Assembly (NCBI GenBank): GCA_035297365.1
Contig: DATGZA010000075.1
Location: 32,001-96,000, forward strand
DNA length: 64,000 nt
Source: Nitrososphaeraceae archaeon
GTDB taxonomy: Archaea > Thermoproteota > Nitrososphaeria > Nitrososphaerales > Nitrososphaeraceae
Direction: 5' to 3'
Shown here in pieces: positions 29,800 through 40,062 of the stretch. Made by a program: the position numbers and the translations under genes. Positions within the stretch are counted from its first letter, which is position 1; each line of letters starts with the position of its first letter. The notes under the pieces are model-generated. The model saw only the letters and a list, made by a program, of their open reading frames with translations, had not been told where the DNA came from and searched no databases.

Positions 29800-30477
29800 A
29801 TGAGTGAAACAGCCAATCTTAGAACAAGTAAATTTTTGATCGTACTTATCTCTTTTATAGGGTTGACTTTTTTTGTTCATGGCGGAATAACTAATAACGT
29901 TGATAATTTAATAACTAAGATTTTTTACAATATTGGGGGACTCCATAATACGATTGATGTAATTGTAATCATCATCTCATCCCTGGGAGATCTTTTTGTA
30001 ATGCTAATAGTGGGATTAATTTTAACAATAATTAGAAGAACAAGGAGAATCGGACTGCTTGTATTGATTTCAATAGTTATCCTTTCAGTTTCAACGATGT
30101 ATATTAAACCGCTTGTAGGGAGATCTGCACCATTGGAACAATACGTACCTAAATTTCATTTACCTGATAAATATACTATCGAAAAAGACAGTATGATGCC
30201 AATTTCTAGAGACCTTTCATTTCCGTCGAATCACGCAGCTCGTGCTACTACTTTCATTATAATATTAGGTTTCTGGTTCAATGTTCAACGAAAGAGGAGT
30301 ATAGTTGGAAGAATATTATGGATATTTCCTCTAGCGATAGGATTCACGAGATTATACTTGCTTCAAAACTATTTGTTTGATGTAGTCGGGGGTTTGCTTT
30401 ATGGGATTATAGTTGGGTTAGTACTGTGTAGATTAATAAAATTAAACAGAATGTCAGAGATGAATAAATTTAACTAG
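29800..30477 (+). CDS. PAP2 family membrane phosphatase
   Basis: KPLVGRSAP, SFPSNH, TRLYLLQNYLFDV (third-motif His replaced by Asn). Confidence 0.85.
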   Translation: MSETANLRTSKFLIVLISFIGLTFFVHGGITNNVDNLITKIFYNIGGLHNTIDVIVIIISSLGDLFVMLIVGLILTIIRRTRRIGLLVLISIVILSVSTMYIKPLVGRSAPLEQYVPKFHLPDKYTIEKDSMMPISRDLSFPSNHAARATTFIIILGFWFNVQRKRSIVGRILWIFPLAIGFTRLYLLQNYLFDVVGGLLYGIIVGLVLCRLIKLNRMSEMNKFN

Positions 30478-30521
30478 AATTTTTTTTACCTAGTTTTTTA
30501 TTACACTCATTCTTCATGAAC

Positions 30522-30863
30522 CTATTTAGAATTCATGTGTTTCTCGTATATTTCAGAATTCAATAATAACCATCCATAATGTTGTGGGTCGTGGATGTAT
30601 TTTATATCTCTTAATATTACCTTGATCTTTCTTTTTCTCAATTCACCCAAAAAATATAATTGAATGTTCAATCCGATTTTTTTTGCATATCTATTATTTT
30701 TTTCATTACGAGGGATGAGGATTCTATAACTGAATCTATGTTCCTTTTCAAGTAAAATATAATCTTCTACCATGCTTTCAGTGATTTTATTTATATCTTC
30801 TTCATGAGACATATCTACTGTCTTATAAACAGGGAAATTTCTAAAAAAGAAAGAGTCATTCAT
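30522..30863 (-). CDS. hypothetical protein
   Basis: 113-aa ORF downstream of sufU. Confidence 0.7.
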   Translation of the reverse strand: MNDSFFFRNFPVYKTVDMSHEEDINKITESMVEDYILLEKEHRFSYRILIPRNEKNNRYAKKIGLNIQLYFLGELRKRKIKVILRDIKYIHDPQHYGWLLLNSEIYEKHMNSK

Positions 30864-30911
30864 AAATCGAAAATAGATATAATTTTTATTTGATATATTT
30901 TTATTTAGAAA

Positions 30912-31340
30912 TTAATAAAGATCCGAATCTTTCTCCAATTTTTGAGCTGTGTTTGGTTCTTTGTCCTCATAGTATTTGACCATACCCATCTTTAGAACCT
31001 TTAATGACAATAACGCACATTTTATCCTAGCTGGACCCAAATTTGTTAGGCCAATATTTTCTAAAATATCATCTTTAGAGATATCCTTTGCATTAGTTAA
31101 AGGTTTGTTAATAATCATCTCAGTCAGCATAGAAGCACTTGCTTGGCTAATTGCACACCCTCTCCCATCGAATTTTATATCTTGAATATTTCCATCTTTA
31201 ACCTTGAGATAAATATCAATTTGATCTCCACATAAAGGATTACTGTCGTGGATTACAACGTCAGCATCTTCTAGTTTTCCTTTATTTCGAGGATTTCTAT
31301 AATGATCTAATATAATTTCACGATAAATATCGTCACTCAA
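30912..31340 (-). CDS. sufU: SUF-type NifU/SufU Fe-S assembly protein
   Basis: YREIILDHYRNPRN, NPLCGD, GCAISQASAS, ARIKCALL. Confidence 0.93.
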   Translation of the reverse strand: MSDDIYREIILDHYRNPRNKGKLEDADVVIHDSNPLCGDQIDIYLKVKDGNIQDIKFDGRGCAISQASASMLTEMIINKPLTNAKDISKDDILENIGLTNLGPARIKCALLSLKVLKMGMVKYYEDKEPNTAQKLEKDSDLY

Positions 31341-32578
31341 AGTCGAAACAACTTAATAGCTTTGCCTAACGCATTAATAAATATATTGATTTCCTCCTGG
31401 GTATTATAAATGTAGAAACTGGCTCTTGATGTAGCAGACACATCTAATTTTTCCATCAATATTTGGGCACAATGGTGTCCTGATCTAATTGCAATGCCAT
31501 TGTCGTTCAGGATAGTTGCAAGGTCGTGTGGATGAATATCACCCAAATTAAAAGATATAATGCCACCCCTTCTTGAAAGATTATCATCACCATATAATTT
31601 CATTCCCTTCAAACTTGACAGACACTCTAGAGCATACTTTGTCAGATCTAATTCGTGTCTACGAATATTATCCATACCGATTTTGTTCAAATAATCCAGA
31701 GCATGACTAAACCCTATTACATCTGCGATATTTGGGGTACCGCCCTCATATTTATAGGGTAAATCATTATACGTAGTTTCGTATTTATGAACTTCCTTAA
31801 TCATATCTCCACCGCCTATGAAAGGATTCATACATTCAAGAATCTCTTTTTTGGCATAAAGAACACCGACTCCCGTTGGTCCAAGCATTTTGTGTCCTGA
31901 GAAAGCAAGAAATTCACAATTTAAATCTGTAACATCAGTTCTAATATGAGGAACAGACTGTGCCCCGTCCACAAAAAATGGTATTCCAAATGAATGCGCA
32001 TATTTTATCATCGATTCGATCGGTATTATGTTTCCTAACGCATTTGACATATGACTTAAAGAAATCAATTTTACGTTATTCTGTTGAATACATGATTCCA
32101 GTTTACCTAAATCTAAATTTCCATTGTTATCTACATTCAAGTATTCGATTTTTGCTTTTTTTTCCGTACATAACATTTGCCATGGAACTATATTACTATG
32201 ATGTTCCAACTCGGATAGAATTATCGTATCACCTTTTCCGATAACTTTTCTGCCCCAAGAATAAGCAACGAGGTTTATAGCTTCGGTTGCATTTCTGGTA
32301 AAAATTATTTCCTCACGTGAATGTGCGTTAATAAATTTACAAACTTTATCCCTGGTCATCTCATAGGCATCGGTAGCTTCTTCTGCAATCTGATATACTG
32401 CCCTATGAATATTAGCATTGTAGCTAGCATAATAGTCAGAGATTGCATTTATTACAGAAAAAGGTTTCTGGGTAGTTGCAGCGTTATCAAAGTACACTAA
32501 TGGCTTCCCATTAATGGTACGGGACAGAATAGGAAAGTCTTTTCGAATCTCATTTACTTCTAATTGGGCTGTTTGCAT
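31337..32578 (-). CDS. sufS: cysteine desulfurase SufS
   Basis: DNAATTQKP, EHHSN, DGAQ, SGHKMLGPTG, RSGHHCA. Confidence 0.95.
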   Translation of the reverse strand: MQTAQLEVNEIRKDFPILSRTINGKPLVYFDNAATTQKPFSVINAISDYYASYNANIHRAVYQIAEEATDAYEMTRDKVCKFINAHSREEIIFTRNATEAINLVAYSWGRKVIGKGDTIILSELEHHSNIVPWQMLCTEKKAKIEYLNVDNNGNLDLGKLESCIQQNNVKLISLSHMSNALGNIIPIESMIKYAHSFGIPFFVDGAQSVPHIRTDVTDLNCEFLAFSGHKMLGPTGVGVLYAKKEILECMNPFIGGGDMIKEVHKYETTYNDLPYKYEGGTPNIADVIGFSHALDYLNKIGMDNIRRHELDLTKYALECLSSLKGMKLYGDDNLSRRGGIISFNLGDIHPHDLATILNDNGIAIRSGHHCAQILMEKLDVSATSRASFYIYNTQEEINIFINALGKAIKLFRL

Positions 32579-32727
32579 AATATATGAATATATAACAATT
32601 AATAAATATAAATTGATTGAAAAAAATTTTGAAGGAAGTCATTTTTATTTGTTAGAAAAAGTTTGGTAAGTATCAATTAGCAATTTCTTTCAAGAATTTC
32701 ATAGCTGCTCCTTAAAATTCATTCCTA

Positions 32728-33186
32728 TCATCTTGTTTTTGTTGACCAAAATGTTCCTCCTGAATTTCTCCAATTTATGTAATCTTTGATAATTAATTTA
32801 TGATCAAATGCCAAGTCAATATTATTGATATTATCTAATGGGATCCAGTGTAATTCTTTTGCATCGTCCCCAGCGCTTAGCTCTCCTCCATACGTAATGG
32901 TAATGAAAACAACAGTCATCATATGTCCTCTTGGATCTCGTGTAGGAGTAGAATAAACTCCAAGAATTTCAACAGGATGAATTTCTAGAGATGTTTCTTC
33001 GAAAACTTCTCTTACCAATGCTTCTTCTACTGTTTCACCTTCATCAACAAACCCCCCAGGAAGGGCAAAAGTATCCTTATAAGGATCATTTTGTCTTTTA
33101 ATTAACAATAAAAAAGACGATTTTTGAATTATGGCATCAACTGTAGGTATAGGATTTCTATATTTTTTCATATGACTAAATATCAA
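32728..33186 (-). CDS. NUDIX hydrolase (ADP-ribose pyrophosphatase-like)
   Basis: ALPGGFVDEGETVEEALVREVFEET, RDPRGH, AGDDA, LAFDH. Confidence 0.9.
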   Translation of the reverse strand: MIFSHMKKYRNPIPTVDAIIQKSSFLLLIKRQNDPYKDTFALPGGFVDEGETVEEALVREVFEETSLEIHPVEILGVYSTPTRDPRGHMMTVVFITITYGGELSAGDDAKELHWIPLDNINNIDLAFDHKLIIKDYINWRNSGGTFWSTKTR

Positions 33187-33231
33187 AGATTATTTTAAAA
33201 ATATTATATATATTAAGTGTGAAAGACCAGT

Positions 33232-33474
33232 ATGCAACTCTTATGGAGAGAAGGATGGCTTAAGCCTTTAATAGATTATGAGATAAGTTCTGAAGATTGT
33301 AATTTCTGCAAAAAAAAGTTCCTAGATTTTTCTTTTGTAACCTCATGTGAATTCTGTGACATTGGAATAATGCATGATCATTGTGCGAATTCACATTTAT
33401 TAGATATTCATTACCAGGAGTTGATAAAAAAAACAAAAAGATACAAGGAAAAACAATTACATGATTTCCAATAA
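33232..33474 (+). CDS. small zinc-finger-like protein
   Basis: CNFC...CEFC...HDHC...H. Confidence 0.7.
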   Translation: MQLLWREGWLKPLIDYEISSEDCNFCKKKFLDFSFVTSCEFCDIGIMHDHCANSHLLDIHYQELIKKTKRYKEKQLHDFQ

Positions 33475-33500
33475 TGTAGAATTAAATTAGACGCATATGT

Positions 33501-34469
33501 TCATTCCTCATAGAGCCAACATTTCACATAACCGTCTTTCCCAATTTTATAATCTGGGGGATTATTCTTACATTTTTTCATTGCATGTTCACACTCGGAG
33601 TAATACTTACAACCATTGGAATTGATTTTACCATTCAATATAGGTAATTTACGCCCACTTGGATTTACTTTTTTAACTATAAATTCAGCCTTGATATCTG
33701 GAATAGATGATATTAAAGATTTAGTGTAAGGATGTTTTGGATTAAATATTATCTCTTTGGTAGAGTTTATTTCAACGAGTTCACCTGCATACATAATTCC
33801 TATCTTGTCTACTAATTGAGCAATTAATGGAATATCGTGGGAAATCAATATAATACTTATCTGTTTTTCTTTTTTTAATTTTTTTAAGAGATTAATAATC
33901 TGAGCTTGGATCAACACATCCAAAGCAGTAGTTGGTTCATCAGCAATAATTACCTCTGGGTCGAGCAACAAAGCCATGGCAATGATTATCCTCTGTTTCA
34001 TTCCACCACTTAATTCATGAGGATATTTATCAAGTATTGATTTATCCAACTCAAAATCTTCAAAAATTTTCAATACCTTCTCTAAATTTTCTTTTTCTCT
34101 ATGTGCTAAAAATATACCATTTATTTGAGATTTTATTTTATAAACAGGGTCCAATGAATTCATTGCACCTTGAAATATCATAGAAATTTTTTTCCACCTT
34201 ATCTTCAAACTGAAATCCTTATCAGATAATTTGGAGATATCTTCGTCATTAAAAAATATGCTACCTGATTCTATTTTTCCTGGGTAACCGATATTTTTCA
34301 ATATTGCTGATGCTAAAGTACTTTTACCGCATCCTGATTCTCCTGCGATTCCAAAAGATTCTCCTGTATTAAGACAAAAAGATACGTTGTCTACTGCTCT
34401 AATAGTCATATTATGTAAGTAATATGAAACACTTAAATTTTTAACAACTAATCGCTTTCCTGAAGGCAG
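33501..34469 (-). CDS. oligopeptide/dipeptide ABC transporter ATP-binding protein
   Basis: GESGCGKS, YPHELSGGMKQR, DEPTTALD, C-terminal Cys cluster. The conserved LVVKNLSVSY lies upstream of ATG 34409, so the start is probably CTG 34469. Confidence 0.9.
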   Translation of the reverse strand: MPSGKRLVVKNLSVSYYLHNMTIRAVDNVSFCLNTGESFGIAGESGCGKSTLASAILKNIGYPGKIESGSIFFNDEDISKLSDKDFSLKIRWKKISMIFQGAMNSLDPVYKIKSQINGIFLAHREKENLEKVLKIFEDFELDKSILDKYPHELSGGMKQRIIIAMALLLDPEVIIADEPTTALDVLIQAQIINLLKKLKKEKQISIILISHDIPLIAQLVDKIGIMYAGELVEINSTKEIIFNPKHPYTKSLISSIPDIKAEFIVKKVNPSGRKLPILNGKINSNGCKYYSECEHAMKKCKNNPPDYKIGKDGYVKCWLYEE

Positions 34470-34565
34470 TTTATTATTTTTATCCGAAGAGATATTTTAA
34501 TTTTTTTCAGATATTTATTCTAGATATATATACTGGATAAAAAATGAATTAAATATAAAGAAGAA

Positions 34566-35075
34566 TTGAAAACTCCTATTTGTTCTTTTGATGCTAAAAC
34601 TGGTATATTGTGTTCAAAATGTGAATCCAAATTAAAATCAGGTCATCTTACAGAAGGCGATGTAGACGCATCGATAAAATTAACGAAGTTAGCAGAAAAA
34701 AATAATACTATCGATAAATTCACGTTAACTGGAGCGTATAAGCTTGAGGAAGGATTGATAATGGTTCTTCCCAGTTCAGATATCAGTATCATCAGATCTG
34801 ATGAAAATATTATGAATAAAATTAAAGAAGAATTTAAAGAAAATATTTGGATTATTGAGACAGGGGCGACTGAAAAGAGATTCATTGAGAATTTAGTATA
34901 TCCTGTCAAAATCGATTCTATAAATCTGGTATGGTTGCCAGATGGTAACAAACTTACAAAGATAGTGATATCGGAAAAAAAGAATAAAATTAAAATTGTG
35001 GAAGAAGTCAAGATAAAAAGAATCGCCAGCAAGATAAAGAATATTGAGCTGTTAATAGAATATGTGAAGAAATAA
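34566..35075 (+). CDS. NusA-like KH-domain protein with N-terminal Zn finger
   Basis: MKTPICSFDAKTGILCSKCE...INLVWLPDG. Confidence 0.75.
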   Translation: MKTPICSFDAKTGILCSKCESKLKSGHLTEGDVDASIKLTKLAEKNNTIDKFTLTGAYKLEEGLIMVLPSSDISIIRSDENIMNKIKEEFKENIWIIETGATEKRFIENLVYPVKIDSINLVWLPDGNKLTKIVISEKKNKIKIVEEVKIKRIASKIKNIELLIEYVKK

Positions 35076-35126
35076 ATTTTACTACAAGCAAAAAATGAAA
35101 TAAACCATAAAAACCATTATAAAATA

Positions 35127-36419
35127 TTGAAAAAAAGAAATAAAAGAACTCATTATTCTAATCAGCTAAAAGAAAAGATGATTGGTAATAGGGTGAATGT
35201 CGGAGGATGGATTGAAGACTTTCGAGATATAGGAAAAATAATTTTTTTAATAATTAGAGATATTACTGGACCGATTCAAATTGTTGTAAATTCTGATGAT
35301 TTCCCAGAAATAAAAGAAATTCCTAGACAAAGTTCGGTACTTATTTCAGGAATAGTACAGAAGAGCAGAGCAAGGGAAATTAAAGTCGAAATAAAGCTCG
35401 ATAAGATAATAACTATATCATATGCCCAACACCCTCTTCCAATAGATCCAACAGGAAGATTAGAATCGGCTATTGATAAAAGACTGGATTCGAGAGCACT
35501 CGATTTGAGAAATATGAATGTTTCAAGGCTTTTCATTATTAGGTCGATTGCTCTCGAGATCATAAGAAAGACCTTAAGAAAAAAAGGCTTTATTGAGGTA
35601 AACACCCCAAAAATTATAGGAAGTGCAAGTGAAGGAGGAGCTAATTTATTCTCTTTTGATTATTTTAAGAAAAAAGCTTATCTAGCCCAGAGTCCTCAAT
35701 TATATAAGGAACAATTAATTCTTGCCTTGGATCGTGTCTTCGAAATAGCTCCATATTTTCGAGCTGAAAATTCCAATACTGTTAGACATCTAACTGAATT
35801 TCAAAGTGTGGATATTGAAGCAGCATTTGTTGACTACCATGATATTATGCAAATAATGGAAGAAACAATAAAAAATGTCATTAGCGAAATGAGTAAATAT
35901 GATTTAATTAATTTAGAGGATAATGAAAAGATAAAAACTGTATTAGAGTCCAAATTTGAAATTTTGTCTTACAAAGAATGTGTGGCAGAACTAAGGAAGA
36001 TTGGAGAGGAAATAGAATATGGAGATGACCTTTCAGACACATCGTTAAGAAAATTAGGTCAACTACATCCAGGATTTTACTTTATAACTGATTGGCCTTT
36101 GAAACTGAAGCCATTTTATATTCATGAAAATGAGGACGATCCATTTCTTTCATACTCCTTTGATTTGCAGATAGGATATTTGGAATTGATTTCGGGTGGA
36201 ACACGACAACATAATCCTGATAAGATCAAAAAAAGATTGATTGAACAAGGCCTTAATCCAGATAATTTTTCCGAACATTTGAAAACTTTCCATTGGGGAA
36301 TGCCTCCTCATTCTGGATGCGGGTTGGGTCTAGATAGACTTATGATGGCAATTACGAATTCTACTAATGTACGAGAGGTAGTACTTTATCCAAGGGATCC
36401 GGACAGACTTAATCCTTAA
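35127..36419 (+). CDS. aspS: aspartate--tRNA(Asp/Asn) ligase
   Basis: OB-fold GWIEDFRD, LAQSPQLYK, FRAENS..RHLTEF, GMPPHSGCGLGLDR. Confidence 0.96.
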   Translation: MKKRNKRTHYSNQLKEKMIGNRVNVGGWIEDFRDIGKIIFLIIRDITGPIQIVVNSDDFPEIKEIPRQSSVLISGIVQKSRAREIKVEIKLDKIITISYAQHPLPIDPTGRLESAIDKRLDSRALDLRNMNVSRLFIIRSIALEIIRKTLRKKGFIEVNTPKIIGSASEGGANLFSFDYFKKKAYLAQSPQLYKEQLILALDRVFEIAPYFRAENSNTVRHLTEFQSVDIEAAFVDYHDIMQIMEETIKNVISEMSKYDLINLEDNEKIKTVLESKFEILSYKECVAELRKIGEEIEYGDDLSDTSLRKLGQLHPGFYFITDWPLKLKPFYIHENEDDPFLSYSFDLQIGYLELISGGTRQHNPDKIKKRLIEQGLNPDNFSEHLKTFHWGMPPHSGCGLGLDRLMMAITNSTNVREVVLYPRDPDRLNP

Positions 36420-36837
36420 TTCTATTTATGAGTACTTCAATAATTTTTTTTTCTTCACTTAGCAAGAAAGCTTTAAATGAAAATTCCATTGTTGAATAAA
36501 TTAGCCAAATAACTGGATTTATTTCCATATATCTGAGGTCACTTGCAGACGGATAAGGTATTGATGGATGAGAATGAAATATTGATATAACATCCAAATT
36601 CATTGACTTGGATTTTTCATAAAATGTTATCAAATCTTTTGGATCTACTTCGAAAAATGTAGAAGACTTTGAGAAATTATTCGGTATTATGATATTTTTT
36701 ACAGAATAATTAGTTAAAGAATTTTTTTTTCCTAAAAGCAAGGCACAGGATTCTAGTGGAATTGAATATTTAGCCAACCTTTCTAAATGATTTAAATTAT
36801 AATCACTTATAGAAAGAATTATTGAGTCCATAATCAT
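36409..36837 (-). CDS. Mov34/MPN/JAMM (M67) metallopeptidase
   Basis: ESCALLLG...FHSHP...PSASD JAMM motif. Confidence 0.88.
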   Translation of the reverse strand: MIMDSIILSISDYNLNHLERLAKYSIPLESCALLLGKKNSLTNYSVKNIIIPNNFSKSSTFFEVDPKDLITFYEKSKSMNLDVISIFHSHPSIPYPSASDLRYMEINPVIWLIYSTMEFSFKAFLLSEEKKIIEVLINRIKD

Positions 36838-37634
36838 AATTTAAATAAAACAAAATAAATTTTTTTGTTAAATAAATAAGAATGTTCAGAAGAATTTGCT
36901 TTTCAGTTTTTTTTCGTAGACTCAAATTTTTATTTAAAAAATGTCTAGAGCGATATTCTGTAATAAACGAGGATTCTCAATATACTTAGAGGCATCCTTT
37001 TCACAATACTTGTTGTCAAATCTATATGTTTTCACTCTCTATGTAAGTATGTAATTTCCTATGACAGGTACAAACTAGACTATATATCATAGAATTTAAA
37101 GATGTAACTGGAACTTGTACACATGAAACCAGTTTTCTGGATCCTATAGATTCTATTTTTTGTATTATATTCTGTTAGCACAATATTCTCATAATAAATT
37201 TTCTCCGAACTATGTTCAATACCTCGCTTCACCTAAAGAAATTAAGTTTAAATCTGGAAAATCCTTTGTTATTGATATTCATCCTAACTATTAATGGTTA
37301 GTAAATTTTAGCCTGTTGCAACATATTACTTTTTGTGTAGCACATAATGTTATCGAATTCCTTTTCGACATCTTCGTTTAGTGACCTCACGTATTTTGTT
37401 GTCAAGATGTACATTTTGTTATGTTATGTATGTATAGGTGTTCATATCACATTTAGGTGTCGTGAGTTACTGTTCAATGGATTTTATCAAAGTGTTAAAA
37501 TTAGAAGACCACATGTAATTCAGCTGTAATTTTTAATTTTCTACAATATTCTATAACTCCTTTCAAAATTTGTTTGTAATCTTAAACCGAAGCTGTAATG
37601 AAGTATCTATACAATTACAAATTATTCCTTCAGT

Positions 37635-37690
37635 TCTAAGAGAAATCCCAGGAAATTGTCTGTCTAAGAGAAATCCCAGGAAATTGTCTG
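37635..37690. repeat. perfect 28-bp tandem duplication
   Basis: tctaagagaaatcccaggaaattgtctg x2 (37635-37662 and 37663-37690). Confidence 0.95.
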
Positions 37691-37890
37691 TATTCTGATT
37701 AATGTCGAGAGTATATGATTTTTTTCATCAGTCTCTTTACAGTTCAGAATTACGGAGATCCAATTCTAGAATTGATACAAAATAATGCAATTTTATGTAT
37801 GCGCGAGTAAAATTTGGTAAATACACATAGACTGACCCGGTGAAAAGGGAACTTAGTTGTAGACTTTGTTTTCATGTAAGATACCTGATA

Positions 37891-38691
37891 CTACTCTATT
37901 TTGAATTTCGCATTCATATAAGGATGAATGGTGCAAAAATATTCATACTCTTTATCTTTCAGATCGGATAACATTAAAGTGTAGCTTTCATTTGATTTTA
38001 TAATTGAGGAGTCGAATGATTTCCCATCGTCTTTGAGGCTTGTTACGGTGTGTGGAACATTATCTAAATTTGTCCATATAATTCCAGTAGAGCTTTTTAT
38101 AACGAGATCTTCAGGGGAATAATCTGGATTTCCCTGTGCGGAGGAGCCTGCCAGTATTTCTACTTTTGCTAGTTTCGAGGTATCTATTTCACTGGTTTGA
38201 ATCTGATTTGTTTCCTGTTTTTGAGTAACTTCCGGTGCTGCTTCAGGATGCGGTATTGCAAGTAAAGAAAGTACTGTTATTCCTACAACAACAGATATAA
38301 CAAATATAAGAAGATATAATTTCACTTTTGAGCTATTTCTATGAATTGCCATCACAACTGTTGTGGCTGGAATTGATATAAGTAAGATAAGCCCAATGTA
38401 TATGAAAATACTTGGAGTTTGAACACTAGAAATAACAGCATTGGTTAATCCTAAGATTACCAGAATTCCTAATGTAATGAAGGTTGCTATTTTTGCTTTT
38501 TTCGAAGAAGGAAATCCATCTTTGAGAACCCCAGCTGAAAGGAAAATCATGCCTATTAAAAAGGTTAATAACGATACAGCGTGCATTCCATCAATAAATG
38601 TCTTAGCTATTCCAGAAAGGGATATCATTACACCTACGATACCCAGAGATGTAAGACCTATTCCAGGGGTTAAGAGGTCCCAGTCAGACAT
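37891..38691 (-). CDS. membrane-anchored cupredoxin (blue copper) protein
   Basis: Multi-TM N-terminus; C-terminal plastocyanin-like domain with PHTVT and YFCTIHPYM type-1 Cu ligands. Confidence 0.88.
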   Translation of the reverse strand: MSDWDLLTPGIGLTSLGIVGVMISLSGIAKTFIDGMHAVSLLTFLIGMIFLSAGVLKDGFPSSKKAKIATFITLGILVILGLTNAVISSVQTPSIFIYIGLILLISIPATTVVMAIHRNSSKVKLYLLIFVISVVVGITVLSLLAIPHPEAAPEVTQKQETNQIQTSEIDTSKLAKVEILAGSSAQGNPDYSPEDLVIKSSTGIIWTNLDNVPHTVTSLKDDGKSFDSSIIKSNESYTLMLSDLKDKEYEYFCTIHPYMNAKFKIE

Positions 38692-38857
38692 ACTGTATGG
38701 TTAGTTTTGAATATTTCGCTATAATTTTAACCTTTTCAACTGTGATAATTATCTCAGATCGAGTGATAATGACAAAAAAATTTTATATTAAATCATAGAG
38801 ATTTATAACGAATAAATTAAATCCAACGTTATTAATTAATTTATCCGTGTCGATACA

Positions 38858-39745
38858 GTGGATATAAAACCATATATTGAAGTTTCAAAACCAAGAATTG
38901 TAGTTGTTTTAGTAATAACTGCGGTAGCATCAATGCTAGGTGCAACTCGATTCGATAGCTCGCCAGGCATTGCATGGGATATATCTCTCTGGAAATTATT
39001 TTTCTTGATTCTTTGTGGTTCTCTTGCCTCTATGGGCTCTAGTGCTTTAAACCACTACTACGACAGGGACATTGATAAGATTATGGAAAGAACATCGAAA
39101 AGACCTATCCCATCTGGAGAATTATCAGCAAGAACTGTCATTATTTATGGTATATGCATTAGTGTTTTTTCAGTGGTCATTGCATGGTTTACATTAAATC
39201 CGATGGCTACATTGATGATCGCATTGGGAATATTTTTTTATGTAGTTATATATACAGCATGGCTGAAAAGATCACACTCCTTGAATATAGTTATCGGAGG
39301 ATTCGCTGGCAGTGCAGCATCGATGGCTGGATGGGCCACAACAACTGGATCCATAGATCTTTTGGGATTTCTAGTGGGCTGGTTGGTTTTCATGTGGACA
39401 CCGCCTCATTTTTGGTGTCTGGCGATAAAAAAGAGAGAAGAATATGCAAGTGTAAAAATTCCGATGCTTCCTGTGCTTATTGGAAATACAAAAACTGCAA
39501 AATATATTTTTATCAATACTGCCATATTACTACCATTTTCACTTTCGTTATATTTTTTCGGGTTGGGAATAATTTACACAATAATAGCATTTGTTTCTGG
39601 TACTGTTATGCTAATTTATCACTATAAATTAACAAAAAATCCAACGCCTGAATTTGCTTGGAAGGCGTATAAGGTAACAGCACCTTACTTAGTTATAGTA
39701 TTTATAGCAATAGCGATAGACGCATTATTTTATTTTAGATTCTAA
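38858..39745 (+). CDS. ctaB: protoheme IX farnesyltransferase (heme O synthase)
   Basis: KPRI, NHYYDRDIDKIMERTSKRPIPSG, YTAWLKR, WTPPHFW. Confidence 0.95.
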   Translation: MDIKPYIEVSKPRIVVVLVITAVASMLGATRFDSSPGIAWDISLWKLFFLILCGSLASMGSSALNHYYDRDIDKIMERTSKRPIPSGELSARTVIIYGICISVFSVVIAWFTLNPMATLMIALGIFFYVVIYTAWLKRSHSLNIVIGGFAGSAASMAGWATTTGSIDLLGFLVGWLVFMWTPPHFWCLAIKKREEYASVKIPMLPVLIGNTKTAKYIFINTAILLPFSLSLYFFGLGIIYTIIAFVSGTVMLIYHYKLTKNPTPEFAWKAYKVTAPYLVIVFIAIAIDALFYFRF

Positions 39746-39760
39746 TAAATTATAGATCGT

Positions 39761-39982
39761 TTAACGCAATAGTTCAATTCGTCGTTTATCCTTAGATATC
39801 CATGAGACTTTTAATAAACCATAAATTTCCAAATCTAACAGGATTTTGTTTAGCTCTGCAGAATCTAACTCTATCCCTTCCTTTGACAAAATGGACGTTA
39901 ATTCTGAATCTGTAAGATTATTTAATTGCTGTATTTTTTCATAGATGATATTTCTTAAAGGATATTTCAAGCTTAATGACAA
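39761..39982 (-). CDS. small winged-helix protein
   Basis: ELNKILLDLEIYGLLKVSW...KRRIE. Confidence 0.75.
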   Translation of the reverse strand: MSLSLKYPLRNIIYEKIQQLNNLTDSELTSILSKEGIELDSAELNKILLDLEIYGLLKVSWISKDKRRIELLR

Positions 39983-40062
39983 ATGATCATCTAATAGAGT
40001 ATTAATATATTTTCCAATTTCAAAGTCATGCCAATTAAATAAAAAAACTCAAAAAAAATCTT

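Noticed and set aside
37635-37690. 28-bp direct repeat as a CRISPR array
   Set aside because: Only two copies, directly abutting with no spacer; no cas genes in the window
39184-39627. 147-aa alternative-frame ORF inside ctaB, and other nested or antisense ORFs (e.g. 3748, 14574, 26824, 34643, 35276)
   Set aside because: Fully overlap well-supported genes and have no recognisable motifs
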